Of a stretch of DNA of 64,000 bases, positions 22,472-31,416 are shown piece by piece; the first letter of the stretch is position 1, and the number at the start of each line of letters is the position of its first letter. The stretch spans positions 32,001 to 96,000 of the forward strand of contig JBJMOW010000002.1 in the NCBI GenBank assembly GCA_045803545.1, in the 5' to 3' direction. This DNA comes from Gemmatimonadaceae bacterium (lineage in GTDB: Bacteria; Gemmatimonadota; Gemmatimonadetes; Gemmatimonadales; Gemmatimonadaceae). Position numbers and translations under genes: made by a program. A model generated the notes under the pieces. It was not told where the DNA came from. It did no database searches and saw only the letters and a program-made list of their open reading frames with translations.

Positions 22472-23176
22472 ATGGCTAAAACAGACAATAAAGCGGCAGG
22501 CGGTAAGAAGGATGCGGCCGGCGGGAAGTCCAAGGGCAAGGCTCGCAAGGACACTGCCCAACAGGTTCAACAGGAGCACGCGGGAAAGGATCTCCCGGTT
22601 CCTCCGCCGCGCCTTCGCATCCTGTACGAGCAGACGGTGCGTGACCGGTTGAAGACCCAGTTCGGATTCGGCAACCCGCACGAGATCCCGAATCTCAGCA
22701 AGATCGTGGTCAATTGCGGCGTCGGCGAAGCGATCAAGAACCCAAAGGTTCTCGACAGCGTCGTCAACGAGCTCAGCATCATCACCGGCCAGCGTCCGGT
22801 TCGTAAGAAAGCGAAGAAGTCGATCGCCAACTTCGGATTGAGAAAGGGTCAGGAGATCGGGGCGGCCGTGACGCTGCGCGGCGCGCGGATGTGGGAGTTC
22901 TTCGACCGATTCGTCACGGTAGCAATTCCGCGGATTCGCGATTTCCGCGGCGTCAACACTCGCTCGTTCGATGGACGCGGCAACTACACGCTGGGTGTGA
23001 AGGAGCAGATGATTTTCCCCGAGATCAACTACGACATGGTCGATCAGATCCACGGGATGGACATCACCTTCGTAACCACCACGACCAAGGACGACCAGGC
23101 GCTGGCGCTGTTGAAGGAGTTGGGGATGCCGTTCCGTGGCGAGGAAAAAGGAGACGGGCGTTCACATCGGCGATAG
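22472..23176 (+). CDS. rplE: 50S ribosomal protein L5 with N-terminal extension
   Basis: KIVVNCGVGEA, ITGQRP, PRIRDFRG, FDGRGNY. Confidence 0.98.
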   Translation: MAKTDNKAAGGKKDAAGGKSKGKARKDTAQQVQQEHAGKDLPVPPPRLRILYEQTVRDRLKTQFGFGNPHEIPNLSKIVVNCGVGEAIKNPKVLDSVVNELSIITGQRPVRKKAKKSIANFGLRKGQEIGAAVTLRGARMWEFFDRFVTVAIPRIRDFRGVNTRSFDGRGNYTLGVKEQMIFPEINYDMVDQIHGMDITFVTTTTKDDQALALLKELGMPFRGEEKGDGRSHRR

Positions 23177-23249
23177 GCAGCCCGAGTCACGAGCTGAGTT
23201 CGAAATCCGAGCTCAGTCCGAATAGCGAACTTTTTTTAGAGAGATGTAA

Positions 23250-23435
23250 ATGGCAAGAAAGGCCATGGTGGAGAAGTCGAAGCGGAAGCCGAAGTTCGGG
23301 GTGCGTCAGCACAATCGCTGCGGGCGCTGCGGAAGATCGCGTGCTTTCCTGCGCAAGTTCGGTCTCTGCAGAATCTGCTTCAGAGAGATGGCGCTGTCGG
23401 GATACATACCCGGCGTGCGTAAGGCTAGCTGGTAA
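23250..23435 (+). CDS. rpsN: 30S ribosomal protein S14, type Z (zinc-binding)
   Basis: RCGRCGR...[16 protein letters not shown]; 61 aa. Confidence 0.98.
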   Translation: MARKAMVEKSKRKPKFGVRQHNRCGRCGRSRAFLRKFGLCRICFREMALSGYIPGVRKASW

Positions 23436-23519
23436 CCATTCATTTCTACACGTCCTGTCCAAAAGCTGCGGATTTGCGAGCTTTTGGTTGGGATACGGTA
23501 GAACGAGGAAAATCACTTA

Positions 23520-23921
23520 ATGAGCATGACAGATCCGATTGCCGACATGCTGACGCGCATCCGCAATGCCTGCGGAGCGAAGCACCGCCGCGTCGATATG
23601 CCGGTTTCGAAACTGAAAGTTGAGATCGCGAAGATCCTGAAGGAGAACAATTTCATTCAGGACTACAAGACGCTGGACACCGATGAAGGCAGAACACTGC
23701 TTCGCGTGGTACTCAAGTACGCGCAGGGCGGCCAGCCGGTGATTCGTGAGCTGCGTCGTGTTTCCACGCCGGGCCTGCGAAAGTACGTCGGCGTCTCCGA
23801 GATTCCGCGCGTACGCAACGGACTCGGCATGGCGATTCTCAGCACCTCACAGGGCGTGATGTCCGATCGCCAGGCGCGCCAGAAGCGCACCGGCGGCGAG
23901 CTCATCGCGCTGGTCTGGTAA
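23520..23921 (+). CDS. rpsH: 30S ribosomal protein S8
   Basis: DPIADMLTRIRNA, RVSTPGLRKY, STSQGVM. Confidence 0.99.
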   Translation: MSMTDPIADMLTRIRNACGAKHRRVDMPVSKLKVEIAKILKENNFIQDYKTLDTDEGRTLLRVVLKYAQGGQPVIRELRRVSTPGLRKYVGVSEIPRVRNGLGMAILSTSQGVMSDRQARQKRTGGELIALVW

Positions 23922-23935
23922 GGAGATAGATAGAG

Positions 23936-24484
23936 ATGTCGAGAATTGGAAAGCATCCGGTCGCGGTACCGAAGGGCGTGACGGCCAAAGTCGATGGCAA
24001 CACCGTTTCAGTGAAGGGACCAAAGGGTGAGCTCGAGCGCACCCTCCACCCGGAAATGAAGGTGACGCTGAACGACAATCAGATCGTCGTCGAGCGGCCG
24101 TCGGACGAAGCGAATCACAAAGCGCTCCATGGATTGAGCCGTACACTCGTCGCGAACATGATCGAGGGTGTGACCAAGGGCTTCAAGAAGGAGCTCGAGC
24201 TCGTTGGCGTCGGCTACAAAGCCGATGCGCGCCCATACGGGCTACAGCTCGCGCTTGGCTTCTCGCACCCGGTCAAATACGAAGCACCGAAGGGAATCAA
24301 GCTTAGTGCGCCGGCGCCGACGCAAATCGTCGTCGAAGGCGCGAACAAGGAAATCGTCGGTCAGGTTGCCGCGGAGCTGCGCAGCATCAGGCCACCCGAG
24401 CCGTACAAGGGCAAGGGCATCAAGTACGTCGGCGAGCAGATTCGTCGCAAAGCCGGCAAGGCTGGTAAGGCGGGAGCGAAATAA
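23936..24484 (+). CDS. rplF: 50S ribosomal protein L6
   Basis: MSRIGK, VKGPKGEL, RPPEPYKGKGIKY. Confidence 0.99.
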   Translation: MSRIGKHPVAVPKGVTAKVDGNTVSVKGPKGELERTLHPEMKVTLNDNQIVVERPSDEANHKALHGLSRTLVANMIEGVTKGFKKELELVGVGYKADARPYGLQLALGFSHPVKYEAPKGIKLSAPAPTQIVVEGANKEIVGQVAAELRSIRPPEPYKGKGIKYVGEQIRRKAGKAGKAGAK

Positions 24485-24840
24485 TGCCTAAGATGGCAAG
24501 ACCGAAGTCGCGCGATCAACTGCGTACGCGGCGTCACTTCAGGCTGCGGAAGAAAGTCGTCGGGAGCTCGGAAAGGCCACGGCTCGTGGTCTACAGATCT
24601 CTCAAGCACATCTATGCTCAGCTGGTCGATGACACCACCCAGCGCACGCTGATGACGGTCACCGACACCGGTCTCGATGGAAAACCGACCGAAAAGTCGG
24701 TCGAAGTTGGCAAGCGCATCGCTGCGAAGGCGAAGGACGCCGGCGTAAAGCGAGTCGTGTTCGATAGAGCTGGATACAAATATCACGGTCGCGTCAAAGG
24801 CGTGGCCGACGGAGCCCGCGAGGGCGGGTTGGAGTTTTAA
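24484..24840 (+). CDS. rplR: 50S ribosomal protein L18
   Basis: RPRLVVYRS, VVFDRAGYKYHGRV, AREGGLEF. Confidence 0.98.
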   Translation: MPKMARPKSRDQLRTRRHFRLRKKVVGSSERPRLVVYRSLKHIYAQLVDDTTQRTLMTVTDTGLDGKPTEKSVEVGKRIAAKAKDAGVKRVVFDRAGYKYHGRVKGVADGAREGGLEF

Positions 24841-24843
24841 TAA

Positions 24844-25659
24844 ATGGCTGATAACGAAAACGAGAATCCGGGAAGCACCGAACAGCCGACGCAGGAGCGT
24901 AGCGGCGGCGGCGGCGGTGGTGGCGGCGGCGGCGGAGGCGGTGGCGGTGGCGCTCGCGGCGGCCGTGGTGGCCGTGGTGGTCGCGGCGGCGGCGGCGGCG
25001 GACGTGGCGGCGCCGGTCGTGGCCGCGGTGGTCCGCGCGGCGAAGGTGGTCAGGGCGGACCTGGCGGTGGGGGCCCGGGTGGCGGCCGCAGAGGCCGCGA
25101 TGGCAAGGGACGTGACAGAGAGGGCGGCCGCGGAGAAGGCGGCAGCGAGCTCGTCGAGAACGTCATTGCGATCAATCGCGTCGCCAAGGTCGTGAAGGGT
25201 GGTCGCCGCTTCTCCTTCAATGCGCTTGTCGCGGTGGGAGATGGTCAGGGTCGCGTTGGCTTCGCCACCGGCAAGGCGAACGAAGTGTCGGAAGCGGTGC
25301 GCAAGGCGGTCGACGGAGCTCGTCGAAACATGGTTGCGATCCCGATGACCGGCAGCACCATTCCCCACGAGATCGTCGGCTCTCACGGCGCTGGTCGCGT
25401 CTGGATGAAGCCGGCAGCGCCGGGCGCGGGTGTGATTGCGGGCGGCGCAGTGCGCGCGATCATGGAGTGCGCAGGTATTGCTGATATTCTGACCAAATCT
25501 CTCGGCTCGACCAATCCGCACAACATGGTGCTGGCGGCTCTCGATGGATTGAAGCAGCTCACGACGGTCGAACAGATCGCCCGCGAGCGCGGCCTCGAAG
25601 TGTCGAGCATCGGCTATCGCTCGCGCGCCAAGTCAAAGGAGGCGGCAGTCCATGCCTAG
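24844..25659 (+). CDS. rpsE: 30S ribosomal protein S5 with Gly/Arg-rich (RGG) N-terminal extension
   Basis: [38 protein letters not shown]. Confidence 0.97.
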   Translation: MADNENENPGSTEQPTQERSGGGGGGGGGGGGGGGGARGGRGGRGGRGGGGGGRGGAGRGRGGPRGEGGQGGPGGGGPGGGRRGRDGKGRDREGGRGEGGSELVENVIAINRVAKVVKGGRRFSFNALVAVGDGQGRVGFATGKANEVSEAVRKAVDGARRNMVAIPMTGSTIPHEIVGSHGAGRVWMKPAAPGAGVIAGGAVRAIMECAGIADILTKSLGSTNPHNMVLAALDGLKQLTTVEQIARERGLEVSSIGYRSRAKSKEAAVHA

Positions 25660-25903
25660 AACACACGTATGGTGGCGAACCCGCGGTCCGAAGAAGACCG
25701 CGAAGGAGACGCTCACCAAGGGTAAAGTTCGTATCAAGCAAGTACGCAGCGGCATCGGCCACTCGTGGAGGATGCGGTTGACCCTGGAAGCGCTCGGGCT
25801 GAAGCATCATCAGGCCGAAGTGATTCATCAGGATTCGCCCTCGCTGCGCGGACAGATCAAGCACGTGCGTCACTTGATCGAAGTGACGCCGATCGAGGAA
25901 TAG
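25652..25903 (+). CDS. rpmD: 50S ribosomal protein L30
   Basis: [28 protein letters not shown]. Confidence 0.93.
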   Translation: MPRTHVWWRTRGPKKTAKETLTKGKVRIKQVRSGIGHSWRMRLTLEALGLKHHQAEVIHQDSPSLRGQIKHVRHLIEVTPIEE

Positions 25904-25906
25904 ACA

Positions 25907-26416
25907 GTGGCAACCAAAGCAACGCGCAAAGCGCGCGGCGCAGGCGAGGCGCCGAGTGTGGAAAGGATCGGACTGCATAATCTCGTTCCGGCTCCCGGAT
26001 CGCATCGGAATCGCAAGAGACTCGGGCGTGGTCCGGGGTCTGGCACCGGTAAGACGTCAGGTAAGGGACATAAGGGCATCAAGGCACGGTCGGGCCATCA
26101 CGGCCCGGGCGGCGGCAAGCCACAGTTCGAGGGCGGCCAGATGCCAATTACGCGGCGTCTGCCAAAGCGCGGTTTCACGAATATCTTTCGTGTAGAAAAT
26201 CAGGTCGTCGGATTCGACGATCTGGCAAGGCTGCCGAAGGGCTCCGAAGTGACGGAGGAGACACTGGCCGAGGCTGGATTGATCCGCCGCGGTAAAGGTC
26301 CCGCCAAGCTTCTGGCGAATGGAGAGGTCGCGAAGGGTATCACGGTTCGCGGCGTCAAAATGAGCGCGGGCGCGCGGCAGAAAATCGAAGCGGCCGGAGG
26401 CCGGGTAGAGATTTAA
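25907..26416 (+). CDS. rplO: 50S ribosomal protein L15
   Basis: RLGRGPGSGTGKTSGKGHKG, FEGGQMP, RRLPKRGF. Confidence 0.98.
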   Translation: MATKATRKARGAGEAPSVERIGLHNLVPAPGSHRNRKRLGRGPGSGTGKTSGKGHKGIKARSGHHGPGGGKPQFEGGQMPITRRLPKRGFTNIFRVENQVVGFDDLARLPKGSEVTEETLAEAGLIRRGKGPAKLLANGEVAKGITVRGVKMSAGARQKIEAAGGRVEI

Positions 26417-27748
26417 ATGGCGCAATCAGCTCCAGCGGCGGCTGTAAGCAACATCTACAACACGCCCGAATTACGAGACAAGATCGTATTCACGTTCATC
26501 TGTCTCGTGATCTACAGATTGGGAGCGCACATCACGGCGCCGGGTGTCGACGTCGTCGCGCTCACGGATTTCTTTGCCAACAAGGGTAAGGGTGGATTGC
26601 TCGGCCTCTACGATCTGTTCGTAGGCGGCGGGCTCTCCCACGCGACCGTATTTGCGCTGGGAATCATGCCGTACATCTCGGCGAGCATTTTCTTCCAGAT
26701 CGCCGGCGCAGTCATTCCGACTGTCGAGAAAATGCAGAAGGATGAAGAGGGTCGAAAGAAAGTCACCCAGTGGACGCGCTACGCGACCGTGATTTTGGCC
26801 GCGGTGCAAGGCTGGGGATTTGCCCTCTTCACGTCCTCGCTCGAGAGTGCAGTTCTGAATCCCGGAATGGGGTTCAAGCTGCAGATGGTGCTGGTGCTGA
26901 CAACCGGCGCGATGTTCGTGATGTGGCTGGGTGAGCAGATCACCGAGAGAGGATTGGGCAACGGCGCTTCGCTGATCATCTTCTTCTCGATCGTCGAACG
27001 GTTCTGGCCCGGCATCTTCGGCACCTTTGGCTTCATCAAGACCCAGGCGGTTGGTCCGTTCTCGCTGGTCGTTCTCGGAATCGTGATGGTGGCAGTCGTT
27101 GCCGGCACGATCGCCATCACCATGGCGGCGCGTCGGGTGATGATTCAGATCCCGCAACGCACGATGGCGCGAGGGCGGCAAAGGGAGGCGGCCAAGAATT
27201 TCATTCCGCTGCGCGTTAACGCGGCCGGCGTGATGCCGATCATCTTCGCGTCGTCGGTGATCGTTGTGCCGGGCGCGATTGCCCAGTTCAGTGGCAGCAC
27301 GGTCGCCAGCCAGTGGGCCGAGAAGGTAGCGCCGGGAACGTGGGCCTACTACGCCTTGTCGGCGGTCCTGATCGTTTTCTTCACCTACTTTTACACGTCG
27401 ATCATCTTCAACCCGATCGACATCTCGGAGAATCTGAAGAAACAGGGCGGATTCATTCCGGGTGTGAAGCCCGGGCAGAAGACAGCGGAGTACATCGATC
27501 ATGTGGTGTCCCGCATCACGTTCCCGGGAGCGTTGTTCCTGACCTTCATCGCGCTATTGCCGGTGTTCATCGCCGACGCGATCAGCGTTCCGTTCAGATT
27601 CGGTGGTACTTCGCTGCTGATCGTGGTCGGTGTGGCACTCGACACGTTGGCGCAGATCAACCAACATCTGTTGCTGCGCAAGTACGACGGCTTCATGAAG
27701 AAGGGCCGAGTGCGATTCAGGGGACGCACGGCGGGCGGCGCCTACTAA
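26417..27748 (+). CDS. secY: Preprotein translocase subunit SecY
   Basis: FALGIMPYISASI, WLGEQITERG, AGVMPIIFA, GGTSLLIVVGVALDT. Confidence 0.99.
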   Translation: MAQSAPAAAVSNIYNTPELRDKIVFTFICLVIYRLGAHITAPGVDVVALTDFFANKGKGGLLGLYDLFVGGGLSHATVFALGIMPYISASIFFQIAGAVIPTVEKMQKDEEGRKKVTQWTRYATVILAAVQGWGFALFTSSLESAVLNPGMGFKLQMVLVLTTGAMFVMWLGEQITERGLGNGASLIIFFSIVERFWPGIFGTFGFIKTQAVGPFSLVVLGIVMVAVVAGTIAITMAARRVMIQIPQRTMARGRQREAAKNFIPLRVNAAGVMPIIFASSVIVVPGAIAQFSGSTVASQWAEKVAPGTWAYYALSAVLIVFFTYFYTSIIFNPIDISENLKKQGGFIPGVKPGQKTAEYIDHVVSRITFPGALFLTFIALLPVFIADAISVPFRFGGTSLLIVVGVALDTLAQINQHLLLRKYDGFMKKGRVRFRGRTAGGAY

Positions 27749-27753
27749 ATTCC

Positions 27754-27786
27754 TTCGGAGGAGCCAAAAGCTCCTCCGAATCTTTT
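27754..27786 (+). terminator. Terminator-like or mRNA-stabilising hairpin between secY and adk
   Basis: Perfect 11-bp stem TTCGGAGGAGC-caaaa-GCTCCTCCGAA followed by TCTTTT. Confidence 0.55.
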
Positions 27787-27799
27787 CCGGGTATCTCTG

Positions 27800-28432
27800 A
27801 TGATCATCGTCCTGCTCGGGCCACCGGGCGCGGGAAAGGGAACGCAGGCGGACAGGCTCGCTACGCGCCTCGGCATTCCAAAGATCGCGACGGGCGACGT
27901 GCTTCGTGGGGCGCTTCGTGACGGTACCAAGCGAGGCAAGGAAGCGCAGGCCTATATGGAGCGCGGCGATCTGGTTCCGGACGCGGTGATTCTGGGTATC
28001 CTGCAGGACGTGATGAACTCGCCGTCGACGGCAAAAGGCGCCATACTGGATGGTGCAGTGCGGACCGTGCCGCAGGCCGAAGGACTCGGCGTCACGCTGG
28101 CTGAAATCGGGAAAAAGATCGACAAGGTTCTGCTGTTCGATGTCGACGACGAGGAGCTTGTCCGACGACTGAGCGGTCGCACCGTATGCGAAGGTTGTCA
28201 GACTCCTTACATGGGTCGCGATCCGGGATCGGAGTGCGAGAAGTGCGGTGGGAGACTCGTGAGACGGAAAGACGACGAGCCTGAGGCAATCCGGAATCGA
28301 CTCGAGGTGTACCGGACCCAGACGGCGCCCGTGATCGATTGGTACAATGATCACAAGATGAAGGTGTTGAAGATCGATGCTGATGGACCGGTGGACGAAG
28401 TGACGGCGCGTGCCGTCGAAGCGATGCGGTAG
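27800..28432 (+). CDS. adk: Adenylate kinase (zinc-lid type)
   Basis: GPPGAGKGTQA, GDLVPD, CEGC...CEKC lid, RKDD. Confidence 0.97.
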   Translation: MIIVLLGPPGAGKGTQADRLATRLGIPKIATGDVLRGALRDGTKRGKEAQAYMERGDLVPDAVILGILQDVMNSPSTAKGAILDGAVRTVPQAEGLGVTLAEIGKKIDKVLLFDVDDEELVRRLSGRTVCEGCQTPYMGRDPGSECEKCGGRLVRRKDDEPEAIRNRLEVYRTQTAPVIDWYNDHKMKVLKIDADGPVDEVTARAVEAMR

Positions 28433-28464
28433 GCGTTAGCGGTGAGCGCAGCGAGGGAGCTGAG

Positions 28465-29244
28465 GTGATACAGATCAAGTCGGCGCGGGAAATCGAGATT
28501 ATGGCGCGGGGCGGGGAGATACTCGCCGAGACAGTGAGACTTCTCGAGACGAGCGTGCGCGCCGGGATGACGACGGCGGATCTCGACAAGATCGCCGACG
28601 ATTTCATACGCTCCCATCCGGGGGCGACGCCGGCGTTCAAGGGACTGTACAACTTTCCCGCCAGCATCTGCACTTCGATCAATCAGGAGATCGTGCACGG
28701 AATCCCCTCCAGAAAACGGACGGTGGAAGAAGGCGACATCGTCTCGATCGACGTCGGAGTGAAGCTCGATGGCTACTACACGGATTCGGCGACGACGGTG
28801 GCCGTGGGTCGTGTCGACGACGAATCGAAGCGACTACTCGATGTGACGAAGAAGGCGCTCGCGGCCGGCATTGAGGCAGCGCGCACGGACAATCACATCG
28901 GGGACATTGGCGCCGCGGTGCAGGAGGTTGTGGAGGCTGCCGGGTTCAGCGTCGTGCGCGACCTGGTCGGACATGGAATCGGTGTCGGATTCCACGAAGA
29001 TCCGCAGGTGCCGAATTACGGGAAGCCGAAGCGAGGCCAACGGCTCATTCCAGGACTGACGATCGCGATCGAGCCAATGGTGAACATCGGGGGACCGGGG
29101 ACGCGAACAATGCCGGATAGGTGGACGGTGGTGGCCGTCGACGGAACTCGGTCGGCGCACTTCGAGCATACCGTTGCGATTACGGATGATGGGCCGCGGG
29201 TGCTTACGGCGCTGAGCGGGGAGCGGGTCGCCATCTCGGCGTAG
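28465..29244 (+). CDS. map: Type I methionine aminopeptidase
   Basis: CTSINQEIVHGIP, DIVSIDVG, GHGIG..FHEDP, IEPM, SAHFEHT. Confidence 0.98.
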   Translation: MIQIKSAREIEIMARGGEILAETVRLLETSVRAGMTTADLDKIADDFIRSHPGATPAFKGLYNFPASICTSINQEIVHGIPSRKRTVEEGDIVSIDVGVKLDGYYTDSATTVAVGRVDDESKRLLDVTKKALAAGIEAARTDNHIGDIGAAVQEVVEAAGFSVVRDLVGHGIGVGFHEDPQVPNYGKPKRGQRLIPGLTIAIEPMVNIGGPGTRTMPDRWTVVAVDGTRSAHFEHTVAITDDGPRVLTALSGERVAISA

Positions 29245-29265
29245 GGTTCTCTAAGTGTGCCTGGC

Positions 29266-29864
29266 ATCCAGAATACCAAAGCCGGGTGCTGCCAGCTTGG
29301 GGAGCAGCTTAGCGCCGAGCTCGGTTGGAAAAGCGTTCAGTTACGCTCATGTCGGCGCACTCATGATGCGAGCTGCACGCCGATTCACTGTAGTGTTCCG
29401 GGCGTGTCCGACTACCGCAAGCTCAAGGTCTTTGAGAAGGCGCATGCGCTAATGGTGCATGTGCATCGCGTAGCTAAGGGGATTCGGAACTCTTACGACA
29501 AATCTTTGCAGTCTCAGATGACTCGAGCGGCGCAGTCCATTCCGACGAACATTGCAGAAGGTAGGTGCCAGAACACGGACAAAGTTTGCACGATTTCTGT
29601 GGATCGCCCTTAACTCAGCGACCGAGCTCGAATATCATCTCACGGCCGCGCGCGACGTTGAAGCGATTTCTAACGAAGACTCTGAAGCCTTAGAACGCGC
29701 GACAGTCGAAGTAAGAAGGATGCTTTACGGTCTCCTGCGCAGTCTCGGCGAGCACGGGTAGGTGAGCACGAATAGCGAGCACCGACAGGCGAGTGCTTTG
29801 TCCGACCGAGCTGGGCGCTAAGGTGCTCCCTAAGCTGGCAGCACCCGGCTTTAGTATTCTGGAT
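29266..29864. mobile_element. Inverted-repeat-bounded cassette carrying a four-helix-bundle gene (IVS-like hairpin element)
   Basis: 29266-29334 is the reverse complement of 29795-29864 (5 substitutions and 1 indel in about 70 nt); weaker pairing continues inward to about 29378/29762; mobility is inferred. Confidence 0.6.
29404..29761 (+). pseudogene. Four helix bundle protein (TIGR02436 / 23S rRNA IVP family), frameshifted
   Basis: MSDYRKLKVFEKAH...SQMTRAAQSIPTNIAEG in one frame; FARFLWIALNSATELEYHL...EVRRMLYGL in the +1 frame; break at GAC AAA G TTT near 29584. Confidence 0.85.
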
Positions 29865-29895
29865 TCTGTTGCGCGCGCAATTGTGGCCAGGAAAG

Positions 29896-31416
29896 CTAGG
29901 ACAACGCCCGTTCCACCGCCTCCGCTACTTGGCGAGCTAACGCGCTCGCCTGCTTCACTAATTCGTCCGCCCGCTGCAGCAGCGACTGTCCGCGGCTCCT
30001 ATCCTCCAGCGCCCGGACATTGACCCGGGTGTTATATCCTGCGCCCTTCGCCGCAGCCTCGGCGAGCAACGCGGCAACCCCTGCGTCCGTCACCGCATTG
30101 CCATTCCCGCGCTCCGCGACAGCGAGCGCAAGCTTTGCGACCTCGACGGCCGCGGTCGCAGTCTCGATGGGCACTTCTGCAGCGCCAAGCAATGCCTTCG
30201 TCACCGCTTCAGACCTGCGGGCGGCTGCGTCCGCGGGCTCCTTCGGAAGCTTGTAGGCCTCCGAGACCGATGCGTAGGCGTCGGCATCCCGCTTCACCAG
30301 CGCGGAGAGTTCGTTACCGAGCGCAACGGCGCTTTGGGCGATGTCTCTCATCTCGAGGTCTACCGCAGCGTATTTCTTTTTGCCGACGGTGAGGCCGGCG
30401 ACCATCTGAGCCAGTGCAGCGGCGAGTGCACCTGCGTGCGCTGCGACGCTGCCCCCGCCAGGAACCGGATTCGACGAGGCCACGCTCGCAAGGAATCCGC
30501 TCAGACTCTCACCACCGCCCACCACCTCACGGACCTGGCGGTCGAGCACCTGCTTGGGTGTGAACTGCTTCAGCTGCAGGTGACTCACCGCGGCCTCGAT
30601 CAGCACGCGCTCGGGCACCAGCCCGACGATTTCGCTCCACGTTACCATCGCACCCTCGGCTTCGGCGCGCATCTTCACGAAATCGAAGACGTGGTGGAGC
30701 GGCGTCTTCTCGGTGTCGACGAGGTTCATCGATACTTGCGCCTGGTCATCGACCTCGAGACCGAGGCCTTTGACGTAGCGGAATCCACCCGACGAGCCGC
30801 GCACTGCTTTGGCGATGTTCTTCGCGATCTGAAGATTGGACGCCGGGCCGAGGTAGATATTGTACGCGACGAGGAACGGGCGCGCGCCGATGGCGGTTGC
30901 CCCGCATGTTGGATGAATTTTGTCCGGACCGAAATCGGGTTTGCGCGCCGGATTCTTACCGATTTCTTCGCGCAGTCCCTCGAACTCGCCGCGGCGAACG
31001 TCAGCGAGATTCTCGCGCGTGGGCGTCGTGGCCGCACGCTCGTAGAGATAAACGGGAATCTGCAGCTCGCTGCCAACCCGCTGTCCAAGCTGACGGGCTA
31101 GGGCGATGCAGTCTTCCATCGTCGAGCCTTCGAGCGGAATGAAGGGCACGACATCGGTGGCACCGATCCGCGGGTGCTCACCACTGTGCTGGCAGAGATC
31201 GATCCGCTCCGAGGCGGCTTTGATACCGGCGAACGCTGCGTCGACTGCCGCGTCCACTGCTGCGATGAACGTGATCACCGAGCGGTTGTGCGATGCGTCC
31301 GAAGACACATCGAGCACCGACACGCCATCGACCGCCGCAATCGCGTCGCGAATCGCCGCGACGATCTCCGGACGCCGTCCCTCGGAAAAATTCGGTACGC
31401 ACTCAACCAGCTTCAT
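29896..31416 (-). CDS. ftcD: Glutamate formimidoyltransferase / formiminotetrahydrofolate cyclodeaminase (bifunctional)
   Basis: MKLVECVPNFSEGR, DASHNRSV, GEHPRIGATDVVPF, QVSMNL; C-terminal PVPGGGSVAA cyclodeaminase domain. Confidence 0.93.
   Translation of the reverse strand: MKLVECVPNFSEGRRPEIVAAIRDAIAAVDGVSVLDVSSDASHNRSVITFIAAVDAAVDAAFAGIKAASERIDLCQHSGEHPRIGATDVVPFIPLEGSTMEDCIALARQLGQRVGSELQIPVYLYERAATTPTRENLADVRRGEFEGLREEIGKNPARKPDFGPDKIHPTCGATAIGARPFLVAYNIYLGPASNLQIAKNIAKAVRGSSGGFRYVKGLGLEVDDQAQVSMNLVDTEKTPLHHVFDFVKMRAEAEGAMVTWSEIVGLVPERVLIEAAVSHLQLKQFTPKQVLDRQVREVVGGGESLSGFLASVASSNPVPGGGSVAAHAGALAAALAQMVAGLTVGKKKYAAVDLEMRDIAQSAVALGNELSALVKRDADAYASVSEAYKLPKEPADAAARRSEAVTKALLGAAEVPIETATAAVEVAKLALAVAERGNGNAVTDAGVAALLAEAAAKGAGYNTRVNVRALEDRSRGQSLLQRADELVKQASALARQVAEAVERALS

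Noticed and set aside
23177..23240. Terminator between rplE and rpsN (CTGAGTTCG/CGAGCTCAG hairpin, later T7 run)
   Set aside because: The T-run is about 14 nt from the stem and the site is mid-operon; more likely a stabilising or processing hairpin, too weak to call
24901..25090. GGC/GGT tract as a DNA microsatellite or mobile repeat
   Set aside because: Period 3 with synonymous variation, consistent with a protein-level Gly/Arg low-complexity tail of S5
29245..29895. Diversity-generating retroelement or true 23S rRNA intervening sequence
   Set aside because: No reverse transcriptase, TR/VR pair or rRNA sequence in the window; only the four-helix gene and inverted repeats are present
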